NCBI RefSeq assembly: GCF_964355755.1
Contig: NC_092670.1
Coordinates: 18,462,795-18,526,794, forward strand
Direction of reading: 5' to 3'
DNA from: Antedon mediterranea
Lineage: Eukaryota > Animalia > Echinodermata
DNA: 64,000 bases
Positions within the stretch are counted from its first letter, which is position 1; every line of letters starts with the position of its first letter. Below the pieces are notes generated by a model. The model was not told the DNA's origin. It was given only the letters and a program-made list of their open reading frames with translations, and made no database searches. The translations under genes and the position numbers were made by a program. Below, piece by piece: positions 25,901 through 40,900 of this stretch.

Positions 25901-28900
25901 GAACCAAAACCAGAGCATAAGGAAGAGGTTAAGGTGGACTTCCTGAAACTAGATCCTAAACCTGGTGATCAGAAGAGTGCAGAATTAAAGACGGACATGG
26001 GACCACCACCATCGCCTGCATCGTCATGTGGTGAGATCTCCATTGTGTCTAGTCCAGCTGGCCAGAGTGAGTCACATATGACATTTTTGTTGTCTCTAAT
26101 TTATAAAAAAAACTACTTTAATTTCAAATGAACACACATACTTATTACTCTTTCTTTCTATCTAACACCATAAATTTGAATTCAATTTTCATAGGACGAG
26201 GAACAAAGAGGCCCTGCCAATCTCCAACCCCAACAAAGGACAACGAGAAGAATGAATGGGACGTTTGGCCGTTGAAGGATGTTGTCTTCGTCGAGGACAT
26301 CCACACTGTTCCAATTGGCAAAGTTCTCAAAGTTGATGGTGCTTACGTTGCTGTTCGTTTTCCAACATTGGAAACCGTTTCTGAAACAACAGATTCTGAA
26401 GTTCCTGCCGTGCTGCAGGATTGCCGACTCTTGCGGAAAGATGAACTGCAAGTTCTTAAGAATGGTTCCGTTCCAAAAGTGCCAGACTGTTTTCAGCGCA
26501 CTCCCAAGAAGCTCTCGGTGTCCGATGACACTCAGATTCTTACAGTGTCTGTGGATGTTAGAGGTAATTAATAATTGTAAAATATTAATTGATGGAGATA
26601 TTGAAATTGATATTTATTTTTTATTATTTGTATAAATTTATGTACAGTATTATACTTTCATATTTATTGAATTGTCTTTTTTTGTGTTACAAAATTCAAT
26701 TCATTTCAAAACCCTTTATTATCTCAATCTTTGAAATTCTTTGGACATGGCTGACTCACAAAAGTAGATCAAACATTTATTAAAATATGTTTAAAAATAA
26801 CATACAAATTACACTTTCTTTTCTTCTACACTATCAAACTAGTTTGACAAAAAAAATGTGATTTGCCCATATATGGGCATGATGATGTCATATCATTACC
26901 ATATTTGGGCACATCACTACTATATTTGGGCAAATCAATTAGTTTGATAGTGTAGACAGAGCTTTAAATTACAGTTGTAAACAGCTGTTGAAATAATGAT
27001 TTTGTATAGCATTCAGTATTAAAATATTTAATAACAACACTATTTCTTACTTGTAGGTGTACATGTATTGGTGAAGCTACGGTCTCGTCTTCTCTATCAT
27101 GTGTACGACCTCAGCTCTAGTAAACCAGCAACTGAAAGTATATTTCCCACAAGTACAATGTCATTCCTAGGTCAAAGTTTAGATGACATCTGCCTGTTCA
27201 CAGGAAGCACAGTAAGTACAAAATAATATGATATGATTATTGGTTGAACACAATTGAACATTGACAAAACAGCAATGACGATAAATTATCTATCCTGTAA
27301 TTGCCGATTTATTTGAAATAAAAAAAATGTATTTAATTTTTATTCCAGAATGTTCAAGACATTGTGTCCCTTCTACGAGATGGTAATAGCACTATCTATC
27401 CACTTGCTAAGAACGCAATCAACGGAATTCGTGACCCTGTGTGGACGGACCTTCCACCTGTCAAATGCATTGGTATGGGAAGTCACCATGTTGCAGCCAC
27501 GCCCAGCAACAATATAAAAAATCGAGCTGCTGTTGTTGTCCTTGCACTTCAAGTAAATCTTATTTTATTTTTCTTTATTCTATCTATTAATTTTTTTTTT
27601 ATATTAGGTAACATTTTCAGCACAGAGGAAGTTCTCTCAGAGAACCCATTTGGCAATTACAGATAAAAATACAAAAGCTCAAAGAACAAAAAAATTATAT
27701 TCCACACCAAGGAAACAGAGTTACCAAATCATTTAAATAATTATGTTTTGTTTAATTTCAGATCCATACATTAATGCCGCACGTTCTGCGCTGCGATTAC
27801 GACTCAGTCTCTCACGTACTGAGCAACATTGAGCTTGAGACAGACGCTGCCACCAAAGAGCAACGACTAAGAGCTATACTGAATGAAAGATGTGATGGAA
27901 ACCGCAATGTCTTTCATGCGGCCATCAGTATGTGCTACCCAACAACCAATAGTGACAAACCAAAACCGGGGGGTGGTAAGTGATATTAATAATAATATTT
28001 GTTTGTAGTGTGGTCTAAAGCTCTGTCTACACTATCAAATGGGATGTGCCCATATATGGACACGATGACATCATATCTCTACCATATTTTTTAAAAACTA
28101 GTTTGATAGTGTAGACAGAGCTTTACAAACCTGAATTGTCTGTGACTGAGCTAATCTTGGGTGTATTCAAGAAAGTCTTGTTTTTATGTGTTCAGCTTTA
28201 TAAAGTTGCTGTTTGGTCTTGCTTTATATATCTCCGTTCTTATTTTGTAGTTGGCAGAAATTTAAAAAAAATATATTGATAAATATTTTATAATATCTTC
28301 TATTTGATTGTATCCTTGACATTGCAGAAACTGGTGAGAATGCCATGTTAAACACACTGCGTACAGCTGTTGATTCAATGAGTAATCGTGTGCAATTAAT
28401 CAGCAACGCCGTCGACACATTGGCTAACGCAATATCTGCTGCCACCGGAGGTTCTGCCAATCACCCTCCTAATAGTATGCAAAGAAGGTAAGTAAACCTA
28501 AAAAACTCCCTAACATATAAACACAAAAATTACATACCCCACACAATGTACTAATTGTTAGAGGCAGTCCCACATGATGTAATATTTGTTGGGGGAAATC
28601 CCACACCCATGTAATGCCTGTTAGTCCCATAAACATTTAACAATTGTTAGGCGAACTCCCACATAATTAATCTGATCTTTTTTCAAAGTATGGGGTTGAG
28701 AGAGATGATGCGTAGGGCCACTAACTCTTCCAGGTCAGAAGATCTTCAGAATGCACCACCGGCAGTATCCAGCCTACACCACCCACTCAACTGGGCGCAG
28801 GTAGACCCACCAATGTATGTGGAACAAGAAGATGACAACATAAGTGTTGGAAGTTCTGGTGCAACGGCAGGCTCTAATAGTTCAATCAGTAGCAGTGCGC

Positions 28901-31900
28901 CCTCTGTGTCTGCTGCTCATTCGTTGTCGGCTGAAGATCGTAAGAATAATGCCCATCGTCTTCTGAGACTGCTTTGTGAATCGCAAGCTCTTGTTCCTTA
29001 CCTTGCTGAGTTGCTCTGCTCAAGGTCAGTTGATTTAAAATATTGTTTGCATGGTTAACAAATAATAATTTGTTTGTTTTATTCGGTATTTAAACAACAA
29101 CATAACTTATTTTATGTCTTTAATATTTGATGAAAGATGATTCCAATCTTTCAGTATTCACTGGAAAATATCCCCTTATTAGTGGGGTCCCCTGAATAGA
29201 AAAAACGTAAAATAACATAAATGAACCATTACAGAGATGCCCAAGGAGACACACCATTCATGGCCGCTGTAACCTGCCAAGCATACTCTGCTGCCCTCAC
29301 ACTGTTCGACACAGCCGAGCGTGTTGCTTCCAGTGCAAAGTTCCTCGGCAAAATGGACAATCAAAAGGAGAAAGAAGGAGGTGGCTTTGATAAGGAATTA
29401 TTCCGTAAGATGATCTATCCTGCAGGAAGCAAGCCGGATTCATCGCCTCTTTATGTCCTATGTTGTAATGATACTTGTAGTTTTACATGGACTGGAAAAG
29501 AACATATTAATCAGGTAAATGATAATCACTAATTTAATGAAAGAGATATGGCATAATAGTAGTGGAATCGGACTATCATGAGAGAGGCATGGGTTCAAAT
29601 CCTGTGCCATATTGTTTGTATCCTTAGATCAGATGCTTTCCTTCATTGCCTCATCCTTCGGATGGGGTATAATGAAGTTGGATATACATTGCGCATGTTC
29701 ATGATAAATAACTTGTACACTATTCCAAAAGTATACAGATTGTCTCCCATTGTGCTAATGGATGGTAGGCTCTGCACCTTGATGGTTGTAGGTCCATAGA
29801 GGTCCTAATTTTCTGTATGGTAGTGTAGTGTAATGTATTGTTTATCATTTTCTTGTAGGATATATTTGAATGCAGAACTTGTGCTCTTGTTGAAACTCTA
29901 TGCTGTTGCACCGAGTGTGCTAAAATATGTCACAAGGGGCATGATTGCACGTAAGTACATGGTGGTCCTAAGGGTAACCTCATGAGATACTCAACCCATC
30001 AAATAGCACCTAACATGTATTGGATGGCAATCCTCAATATTCAATTTATCAATTAATTTTCTGCCAATGACTTAGGCACGCATCCCATTATAAAAATCTA
30101 TTATGAGTTATGTGTTATTTATTAATAAGTATAGAAAGAGTGACATGCCTGATTTATTAAAATTTGAACAGGATAGAAATGTAGAATTATCAGGTGTGTA
30201 ACATTTCTGTCAGATTCCTATGTTGTTTTTTTTCAAAATGAAAACAGCTAAGCTCAAGTACAGCATCTCATGAAATAAATTTAACGACAAATTTTAAGTG
30301 TAAAATGTATAAATTCAAAACCAAATTACATTTTTCAGCTTGAAGAAAACATCACCTACAGCATATTGTGATTGTTGGGAGAGATGTCAGTGCAAAGCAT
30401 TAATTGCTGGTAACCATACTACAAGAATGGAATTATTGGATAGACTAATCAATGAAACAGATCTAGTGACCATTCCAAATAGCAAGTGAGTATTAGTACT
30501 AGTGAGTTATGTAACAGGACAGTGAGTAAATGAAAGCAAAATAATTATAAAAATGTTTGGTTTTTTTTTTATCTTCTAGGGGTGAACATCTACCACTGTT
30601 TCTAGTGCAAACTGTTGCTAGGCAGACCATTGAACAGGAGCAATACAGGACATACCGCAGCAGAGCCCCACGAAAGAATGATTCTGGTGAGAGATTATTT
30701 TTTTCATTCTTACTTTGTTTAGTCCTTAACATTTACATTTTCAGTTCTTTTCGTTTTGTAAATGTTGATATTCATCATTTTTATAAAAATTATATTTGTA
30801 TTTGTTAGACACAGAGATGCCAGAACACAATCTGGAACCAACCAGATTCTGCCGCCAAGCTCTAGAGATGATATTACAAGACTGGCAAGCAGTCAAAGCA
30901 ATGATTAACAGTGGATGTCCTAATAAACAAACAAGGTATGTACTGATGTACCTTACACCCTTCCTGCAAATTCATCCATAATCCCCTTCCTCCTGTGAGA
31001 TTAAAAATGTGTTGTCCCCCAAAACAGTAAAAGTTAAGAAACTTTGAATATTTTCTATAAATTTTGTAGTTCTAATAAAGTAATTCAATTTCACCTAAAA
31101 CAATGGCTTTGTTTATAATTAAGACAAAATAAACAGTTAAATTTAATCAAAACAAAATTGGCAATTGACTACCTTTTTTTCAAATCCAATTCTTCGTAAA
31201 TTAAATGATGTGTTTAAAAATCACTCAAAAGTCATTAGATAGTACATGGTCAGATAAACAAACAAATTACCATGTTTACGTTTAAGCAGACAATAAAGGT
31301 TATTGTACCTTTACCATTATTTAAATCGTTATACAATCTACTTGTTTGTAGGGAGAATTCTGGAGGTAGCAACACAGTACAAATGCCAATGCCTGAGGAA
31401 GAAGTGTACTTGTATCAGCAGAAAGGGACTATGAAACTAGACTGGTTTACACATACACTTATTGTCAAATGTCAAGATAGGGTAGGTCATCTTGATTTTG
31501 TGTTGGTGCACACTTAACTGTATGTTGAATACCCAGTTAAAGATAACTAAACCCACTTTTAACTGGACATCCTTCTTGATAGCTGGTAGCTGCTACAGTC
31601 AATTCTCCCAATATCGGACTCTCAGAAAACGGGAAACTCACCCAAAACCAGACTTTTTTTGAGGTCCACAAGGTCCCAAATTCTTTTGTACCATTAAAAA
31701 CACATTCTGAATACCAGACTTTACAGAAATCCAAACATATTAATACAGCCCAGAGGTGTCTGATATTGGGAGAGTTTCATGTATGTCTCAACACATTTTT
31801 GTCATTCTACTAAATGGCGATTTGTTCAAAGTAACTTGGTGGAAAACTTACCAAAAAAAGGATTTTGACACAGTTGATTACATGTGTATCATACATGTAA

Positions 31901-34900
31901 CCCACATTTTTCACCTACTGCATTTCAGGAATTGGATACCCTCCTTAATACCTTAATTAAAGAAGTTCTTAACACGTCAGCACCGGCAAGGAAAACGGAA
32001 GTGTTTTATGTTGTACAGCGATTTGTACGATCTGTATGCCGTGTGTATGTTGTACTTAACATCGAGATGGCACCAGGCAAGAAATAGTAAGTCCAATACC
32101 ATTATTAAGTTTTAACAAAACTGCCAATTATATATATCTTGTGATGCCCTCTTAAAATCTGCCATAATTATGCTTCCTAGCATTCTTTTACCCTAATTCT
32201 GCATCCTTTCTACAAATTGAGACGCCAAATGTATACATTAACCGCCTCAAATATGGACCTCTGTCTTGTCGCATGAGTTTGAACTAACGGTAACCATACG
32301 TAATAAATAAGTAGCGAAAAATGTTATGGCATATTTAGGCATCCAAAACGGCATCTTTTGTATTGATCCATAGCTGCTGATTTCACCAGCTTATTCTACT
32401 TATGTTTTTAGTAACTGTGATGCAACTGATAAATGTAAGAAGGTGTTCAGAGCTCTCATCCACTTTGGAATCACTGAATTATGTGAGATAGCTGACTCGT
32501 TGATCTCTCCAGTGCGTATAGGCGTGGCACGCCCTACTGCTCCATTCCCACTGTTCAGCACGCATGACGAAGCGATGCAGGTATGTATCATTGGCACAAG
32601 TTTTATTCTACAATTTTACTTATAAACCAATATATAAGTTTAATGGCTTAAATGATATTCTTCTCAAACAAGAAACAAGGGCCTAAAGCTCTCTATACAC
32701 AAACTTTATGTGAACAAAATGTTTATATGCCCATATATGGACATGATGATGTTATATCACTACCATATTACCAAACTAGTTTGATAGTGTAATCAGGCCT
32801 TAAATGTTGATTATTTTACACCTCTCTCCATTTGTCTCTTATACTTATGTAACATTAATTTGTTTTCTTGAATTATATAATTGTAGGGAAGTGAGGAACT
32901 ATTTGCCACAGCTCCTCTTCCTCCACGACCCACCTCACCAGCTTTGAGATCCGAAAGTTCTGCAATGAGGATGGCGTCATCCAGGCGTCAGAGACAGTCA
33001 GAATCCAGCAGGGCAGTGGATGATGATGATGACCAGTTAGTTACGTTGGCAGATGTTGAAGAAGTTGATGTTGTGATGGGTGATGCTAATGAGGAACCAG
33101 GAGCAGATGGGGATCATAGGAGTGAACATCCTCACCAACAACATGAACAACAAGAAGATGATGGCAAGTAGCATTTTATTTTATTTCTTGGGAACTATTC
33201 AATCAATCAATCAATTAAATGCATTCAGCTGTTCAACTTTGGTGTATTGAACCCTGTAAGTGCACCAGGGAAAACAGAACAGGTGGCATTTTTATCTTCC
33301 ACTTCGAATTCTTTTCTTTTCATGTCAGGGGCGTTCTCCTCCCCTTTTGATAGCTAAAATGAATTGTTCAATTCCTTTTGTACAAACTATTAATATTATA
33401 TGTTAGCAGTCCCCCGTTTAAAATATCCTAGATCTGCTGCTGTAACAATTATCTGTTATTTAACATTTAAACACTTGTAAATGTGCATAAAATAATTATT
33501 CTAATTGCACCGATTTTATTATTTTAGAAATTGGAGGCGAAAATAGTGACATGGATTTAGATCTTCTCGCTGAGAGTGATAGTGACAGTGAGAGTAACCA
33601 TAGTAACCAAGATCATGACAATGTTGTAACTGATCATGATGCAACAAGTGGTCGTCGAAGTACAGTTGCTACGGCGATGGTGGGATCAGATGCTGGTGAG
33701 TGTTGATGATAATATTTTATGCGAGTTCTTTGTCTCTCTTGTAAATAATGAACTTTGAGTTTACTGTTGGTTGGAGGGAAAAAGAATTTCAGAAATTGGT
33801 AAAAAGTGAAATATAAAAATCTAACCATGAAAATTGAGCACATTTGAGCTTGATTTGGTCCGATAGTTCTTGTTGAGATTGTTCTTGTTGAGATTTGGTC
33901 CGATAGTTCTTGTTCTGATCGAATTGCTCAATTTTTCTCCTTATTAGGAGCAGGGTCAGTGGCAGCATTTTTCTCAGAAGAAGACTCTTCCTCGAACCAA
34001 GATGACGGAGAAGAGAGTGAGAATGAAATGGACGAAGACGAGGAAGCACCAGCATTCTTAGATGTACAACTGGAACGGCCTCCATCGAATCGTACCGGTG
34101 AACGTCGCCCTCAGATACCGCACCCGATGCAATGGGCTTATCGTGCTCCACAGCCTACGACTACACCTTCAAGTACTTCTGCTGCTACTCTGAGTAAGAT
34201 GAAATTCTCACTCGAAGTTTTTTTTTTTCAGTGTACTGATCATTCAGTGTAATAATTAAGTATTGAGTGAGAATATCTGACCAATTAAGTTGGATCCTTG
34301 ATGCAAAGCTATTTTTTAGTTACGTTGGTAAATAAATTCAACTTGTTTTGTTTCCCAAGGTTCTAGAGGGCTTATATACATAGATCCAGTAATCAGACGG
34401 AATGCAGCTTTGAGTATTTCAGCGGCTGCGTCTACCCAAGATGCCAACCCACAGACCATGTCCACCACCTCAAACTGTCTGGCTAGAGCATTTGGTGTTG
34501 TTATACGCCAAGTCTCTGATCTTCTTGCTATGTTACCAAACTACCATGGTGTTGAATCATTAGATGAGTGTCTTAAAGTTACTTACCAGGACACTGTAGA
34601 TATTCAGGTAAGTGCTCTGGTAAAGGTTTCTCTAAACTACCATGGTGTTGAATCTTTAGATGAGTGTCTTAAAGTACTTACCAGGACACTGTAGATATTC
34701 AGGTAAGTGTTTTGGTACAGGTTTTGCTAAACTACCATGGTGTTGAATCATTAGATGAGTGTCTAAAAGTTACTTACCAGGACACTGTAGATATTCAGAT
34801 AAGTGTTCTGGTACAGATTTTGCTAAACTACCATGGTGTTGATTCATTAGATGAGTGTCTCAAAGTTACTTACACTGTAGATATTCAGGTAAAGGTTTTG

Positions 34901-37900
34901 TTAAACTACCTTGGTTTTGAATCGTTAGATGAGTTTCTTAAAGTTACTTACCAGGACACTGTAGATATTCAGGTAAAGGTTTTGTTAAACAACAATGGTG
35001 TTGAATCATTAGATGAGTTTCTTAAAGTTACTTACTAGAACACTGTAGATATTCAAGTAAGTATTCTGGTAAAGGTTTTGTTAAACTACCATGGTGTTAA
35101 GATAAACAAAAAAAGCTAATAAACCAATTTCCAATGTTTTTACCTGTTCATATTATAATTTGTTCAATATTTTGCTTTACAGATGTATGTGGATTATCAT
35201 GTGAAAGTCACAGCTGAATGGTTGACATCAATAATGGACAGTACAGAAGCTCAGCTACGCTTTGGCAAAGCAGTCACATCGAGCACGGATCCTGCACATC
35301 CAACTCATCCCCTCCATACATCCTATATCAGAGGATTACGCGGATCTGATCGAGAGGCTGCCACACGTGAAGAAGAATCGTTCTATCGTAACTTAGAAAA
35401 CCGACGTAGAGGTCGAGGAGGAATAGAGGCAACACGCGGCGTTAGGGCCGAGGCGTCCCACACTGTTAGAATGGACTTTTTAAGTTACGCATTATCTTTA
35501 ATGCGTGCTCATAACAGTGAACATTCAGGCAGTCTTCCCATTGTTGATGTTTCTTCATTGAAACATGCTGCTTATGTATTGGATACGATGATTTATTACA
35601 TGCGTAGCAGCGAACATGACATGGCATCGCAGCATCAGGCACATGTTCAAGAGAATTTATGGCATCAAGGCCATCAGTACGATAAAGACGACGTGGTTGA
35701 TGACGATGGCACGGATACAAGTGTAGTTGCTGATAATGACAGTCTTATTGAAGAAGAACGTCATATACCTAATGCATCAACTGGTCCGAAACATCCATTT
35801 TTTGTCCGTTCTGATTCAACTACCTTCCTCGGTTGCCCTCCTCCAGATTCTTTCCACACACCACTAGTTGATGCATTACCATTGGCAGAAAGACCGCATC
35901 TCCTCAAACCTGAAGCAACGCGGGAAGACCTTTTCGGGCAACCGCAACCGTTCGTGGCGACACCAGTTGGAAGTTCTCGTCAAGCAGATTCAGTCTCGGT
36001 TGATCAACGGTACCTAGAAGTACTGCCAACGAGATTGAGCATCAGTAGTCGCCAAGAGATGTTTGTACCTGTTGACATCAATAATCCAGTACCAATGGAA
36101 ACGCAAGTTCCTTCAGGTCTTGAAGCTAATCTTCACATAGCACCAGAAGCAGGACTAGGAAGATCACAAAGTGATCAATCTGACGCAAGAAAACCAGATA
36201 TTGCTGCCAGCAGTTCTAGTGCATATTCAGGTAATTTGTAACCATGTCCACAATTTGTAAAAGTTTTGAACAAAAGAGAACTTGTAAGTTTGGTTCCGTA
36301 ATTTCAACTATGCTACACAGTATAGAAATACAGTATATCTTGTAAATTCTTTTAATGTTTTTCTTCTTGTAGCTGGAAGTCTAGCAAGTGCATCAACACT
36401 GCCTGTCAATCAAAGTCTTGGAAGTAGCAGTGATCCCTCTACCAGCTCACTACCAACCAATTCCAGCTTTTCCAGTTTAACACCACTTGCGTCACAATCT
36501 TCAGGGTCCCAGGATGTAAACCCTCTAAGCATGTTTGTACCAGTTGGAATGAAAGTCGACCCTTCTAAAGGAGTCATACGAGTTGCTGATACCTACCCAG
36601 GTGCAGGCCCATCCATTGTACAACCACAAGAAGTCTCTGTCATTAGGACTGCAGGTTGGGTTGAACAGCCTACGCAAGCGACTGACGGTACTTTGAATTT
36701 CAGTCCAATGGGCCCAAGCGGAGCCCTCAATCTAAGTATGCAAGCTGCAGATGAGCAGTTACGACGTAGCCATTCAGAACCAGAGCCGAGGCTACCATTC
36801 CCATCTTACCAGCTACCAATGTCAACAAGATCTCTTCCAGGTGGTCCTCTACCACCACGTGCAGCTCCCATGATGCCCTCACATCCTGCCATGAATGTCA
36901 ATCCACCAAGTAATCATCCAGGGTCTGTTCACCTTTCAAGAAATGCCACTGGAGAAGGACCTAGTTCTGCTAGTACTGGTGAGAAGACAGGAGCGAGAGC
37001 GTCTACTGCAGGATATTCATCGTCTGCTGCAGGACTATCATCATCTGTATCGGGAACCTCATTATCCGTAGCAGGACCTTCATCATCAGCAGCTGGTTTG
37101 TCATTGTCCGCAGCAGGTCCGTCATCGTCTGCAGCTGGACCCTCATCGTCTGCAGCTGGACCCTCATCGTCCGCAGCTGGACCGTCATCGTCTGCAGCTG
37201 GACCTTCTTCACCTAGTATGTTTGAGAAACTTTGGTCATCTTTGCTGGTTGGAGGCCCTGTACAATCGGGAACCAGTTTGTTTGGAAGGTAAGTTTTGAA
37301 CTACGGATGTGCTACACAATCCAGGAGGGTTGAATCAAACTATTACTCTGAAAAGACCTTGTATAGCTATAGCTATTTATTTTCTGTTTTGCCCAAGACA
37401 TGTGTAAAATATAACCAACATGAGTATTATGTTTGTTGAATATGATCTTGCCTACTGTGTATTGTTTTGTTTTTTCCTCTGTTTTCAATACTGTTGTTAT
37501 TTAGTACGTACAAATACACGCCCATCATTTTTGTTTTCATTGTTTCAGAAATTCTCAGGGATTGTTTGGCCCTCTTGTGACTGGTGACATGCTACTCGGA
37601 CGTTGGAGACTAACGCTTGAACTCTTCAGCCGAGTCTTCCTCGAGGACGTTGGTCGTGAACCTGGTTCCGTTTTAAATGAGTTAGGAGGATTCGAGATCA
37701 AAGAAGCGAAATTCAGGCGTGAAATGGAAAAGATACGCAACAACCAGAATCGAGATTTAGGTCTGGAGGTCAGTGTTTGTTCGGGGGTGACAGGTTTGAT
37801 TATTTTTCCCATGACAAAGTATTGTTTGCATATATTCCACAATTGTACATATTCATATCAAGAAGATAAGTACACGATTTAGTGTTGTCACAATAATTTG

Positions 37901-40900
37901 TTTGTATTTTCCTGATCATGCTGATTTTTAAATTTAATATTCCAGGTGGAACGTAAAAGAGAGCCATTAATACAAAAAACCCTACGAGAGCTGAATTCTC
38001 TGTTTAATCGACGAACAGCAACTAATTCTACTACACCTGTAGCAGTCCATCGCGTCAAGGTCACCTTCAAAGATGAGCCTGGTGAAGGAAGTGGCGTTGC
38101 TCGCAGCTTCTATACCGCCATCTCTGAAGCATTTATGTCGCCAGAAAAACTGCCACCTATCGACGATGTGATGACAAACTTAACACAGCGACCACCTCAA
38201 CTTAGTGAGTATGCGGTGCAGTATATCAAATAGTTGCGAAAATGTTTTCCCCCAAAAAATCCTAAATTCTTTTTTACCATTAAAAATACATTCAGAATAC
38301 CAGACTTTCCAGAAAATCAGACACATTAGCCAAGCCCAATGGTATTTGACTAGTTTTTACATAATCTAATATGTTTTGAAAATGTTTCTTGTCAAGGTTT
38401 AATTCAAAGAATTCGTAGCCGCGATCGAGAGCGTGAAAGAATTCGCCGACATGGAGAAAGACACAGTGGACGTTTACTTTCAAGCCTAGATAGAGAACGT
38501 GATCGTAATCAGCTATCGTATGATGCTAGGCCCTTCTATCCACGAGACAGTAGTGGTCCAGAGGACAGGGAACATGAGCCACTTGCTGCCCCAAAACAAG
38601 CTCTTGGTGAAAGGCTGTTCCCTAGGGTACAAATGCTACAACCAGTGAGTTGATTTAACTGTAATTATTTTGACCAGTCGTAGATCCAGCATATGTAAAA
38701 TGAAGACTGTGATGTCTGAGTTAATTAATAGATTGTGATGGAATAAAATCATATCTTTAATCCACTCTAAAACTTGCCTAATTAGCTACCTTTGCCAATT
38801 CTACAAAATACAGTAGATTTAATTCCTGACACATGTGTTCTGTTGTTATCCTTATACTGTAGATGCTTTATTTCTGTAAACCGAGTTCTTTATTTTGAAG
38901 TGCCATTGTTGTTCTGTTGTTATTGTTTAAATTTTAAACTTTTTACAGTCACTTGCAAGTAAAATTACTGGGATGTTGCTAGAATTGCAGCCGTCCCGAT
39001 TATTACTTCTACTGGCAAGCGAGGACGCTCTTCGTGAAAGAGTTGATGAAGCTGTAGATGTTATCCTATCACATGGGAGGTAAGTTGTGTTTTTACTGAA
39101 ATTTAGAAATACAGGTTGATTGATTGAAAGGTTTATTCTTTATACTTTCCTTACAATCCAGAGGGAATCCAGGATTTTGAAATGGAAGGTGGAGGTTGCG
39201 TCCAAGGGGCTGAACATTTTAAATGAACTGCAGAACTTAATAATAATAAAATAATAATGTCCTATCTTTGTCATTGCAATTTTTCGAAAATGTAAGTGGT
39301 ACCTAATTTTATGATTTTGCCTTGTTTCTTTTCAAAGCAGAGAAGAAAATCCTGGTGGCCTTCTTGATTTGGAGATTTTCAACCTCGCTGACAGGAATGC
39401 CGAAAAAGGTGGCAAAAAATCTGAGAAACTACAAGAAGCTGAGTTAGAAGAGTCAGAGGAGAGTGTAGATAATTTAGCCCTATTCTACCAGCCTGGAAAG
39501 ACAGGATTTTACTCGCCTAGAGGTGGTAAAAACAGCCCTTCTAGGATTAACTGCTTTAGAAATGTTGGAAGGTTAGTAACTGTACATCGCAATTAGTGAG
39601 CTACTAATTCGATATTAATTATTTTATATGTGTATTTGTATTTATTATATTTTCTATGCATAAAGCATACATAGTAATGTTCCCTTTTTTTTTATGGCAC
39701 AAAACTTTGGCATAGAGTGTTGTCAGATAATGAATATTTATTGATTTATGTCAAAGGTCAAAGTTTTCATACCTGGTGACCCCTTGATCATGGCTTTTTG
39801 TTAAATAAGTATATTATTTTCTGTAGGATTATAGGTTTATGTTTGCTACAGAATGAGATATGTCCACTCAGTTTGAACAGACATGTTATCAAGTTTATAA
39901 TAGGAAGAAAGGTAAGAACATTCATGTTAGAGTTCCCATATTTAACCTTTGAACGGTTGGTACGTATTCCATCATGCTAGCTGCACAGGAAGTTGTGCAT
40001 GACCTATATCAGATAAGTATGTCTGCAATTTAGGTACAGTACTTTGCCATAACTTAAAGCAAACTATTAATAACATTGTTTTATTTACCATGTTTCTTTG
40101 TACATTAATTATTCATATTTATTCATTCTTACATTTTCTAACCATTGTTTTTCTTTATTTTTTTGTAATTCATTTTTATTTAATGTTGTTAATATATAAT
40201 GTCAGCTTACATAGTTCTTTTGAATGAACTCCAATTTTTCCATTTGTCCTTGTCTTTGAAGTGGTACTTCATAGGCTTTTCTCATACCTGCATCTCCTCC
40301 ATCCGTTTTCTATATTTTAATTGTTGATTATATTGTTAATTGTATTTTATTTAAACCAATTTGTATTTACCTTCTTAATGAGAACTTATTTTTCTTTCAG
40401 ATTGGTTGGCATGATCTTGCCTTTTTTGACCCAATCCTATATGAAAGTCTGCGACAGTTGATCGTAGATTCTCAACGTGAAGACTCTGGTGTTATACTCT
40501 CTACTATTGAACTTTATTTTTGTATAGAACTAAGCAAGGATGAAGGAGGAGGGCAGGTTGAGCTGGTACCAGGGGGGTCTTGTATTAAAGTTAGCGCTAG
40601 TAATGTATATGACTATGTCAAACGATATGCAGAGTATAGGATGGTTGTTGTTGCAGAGAAAGCACTACAGGTAAGACATGTTCATAAAAAGATTTCCTTG
40701 CAACCTTATATAGTAATAGCATACCCATGTTTGGTCATAAAAAGATATCATGCAACCTTATATAGTAATAGCATACCCATGTTTGGTCATAAAAAGATAT
40801 CATGCAACCTTATATAGTAATAGCATACCCATGTTTGGTCATAAAAAGATATCATGCAACCTTATATAGTAATAGCATACCCATGTTTGGTCATAAAAAG

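Noticed and set aside
32081-32090. Apparent premature stop (AAA TAG) in UBR5
   Set aside because: The TA|GTAAGT donor splits the codon; TA plus T from the exon at 32412 gives Tyr and the frame continues.
34712-35038. 108-aa repetitive [21 protein letters not shown] as a separate gene
   Set aside because: It is duplicated UBR5 exon-end sequence within intron 32 and has no ATG start.
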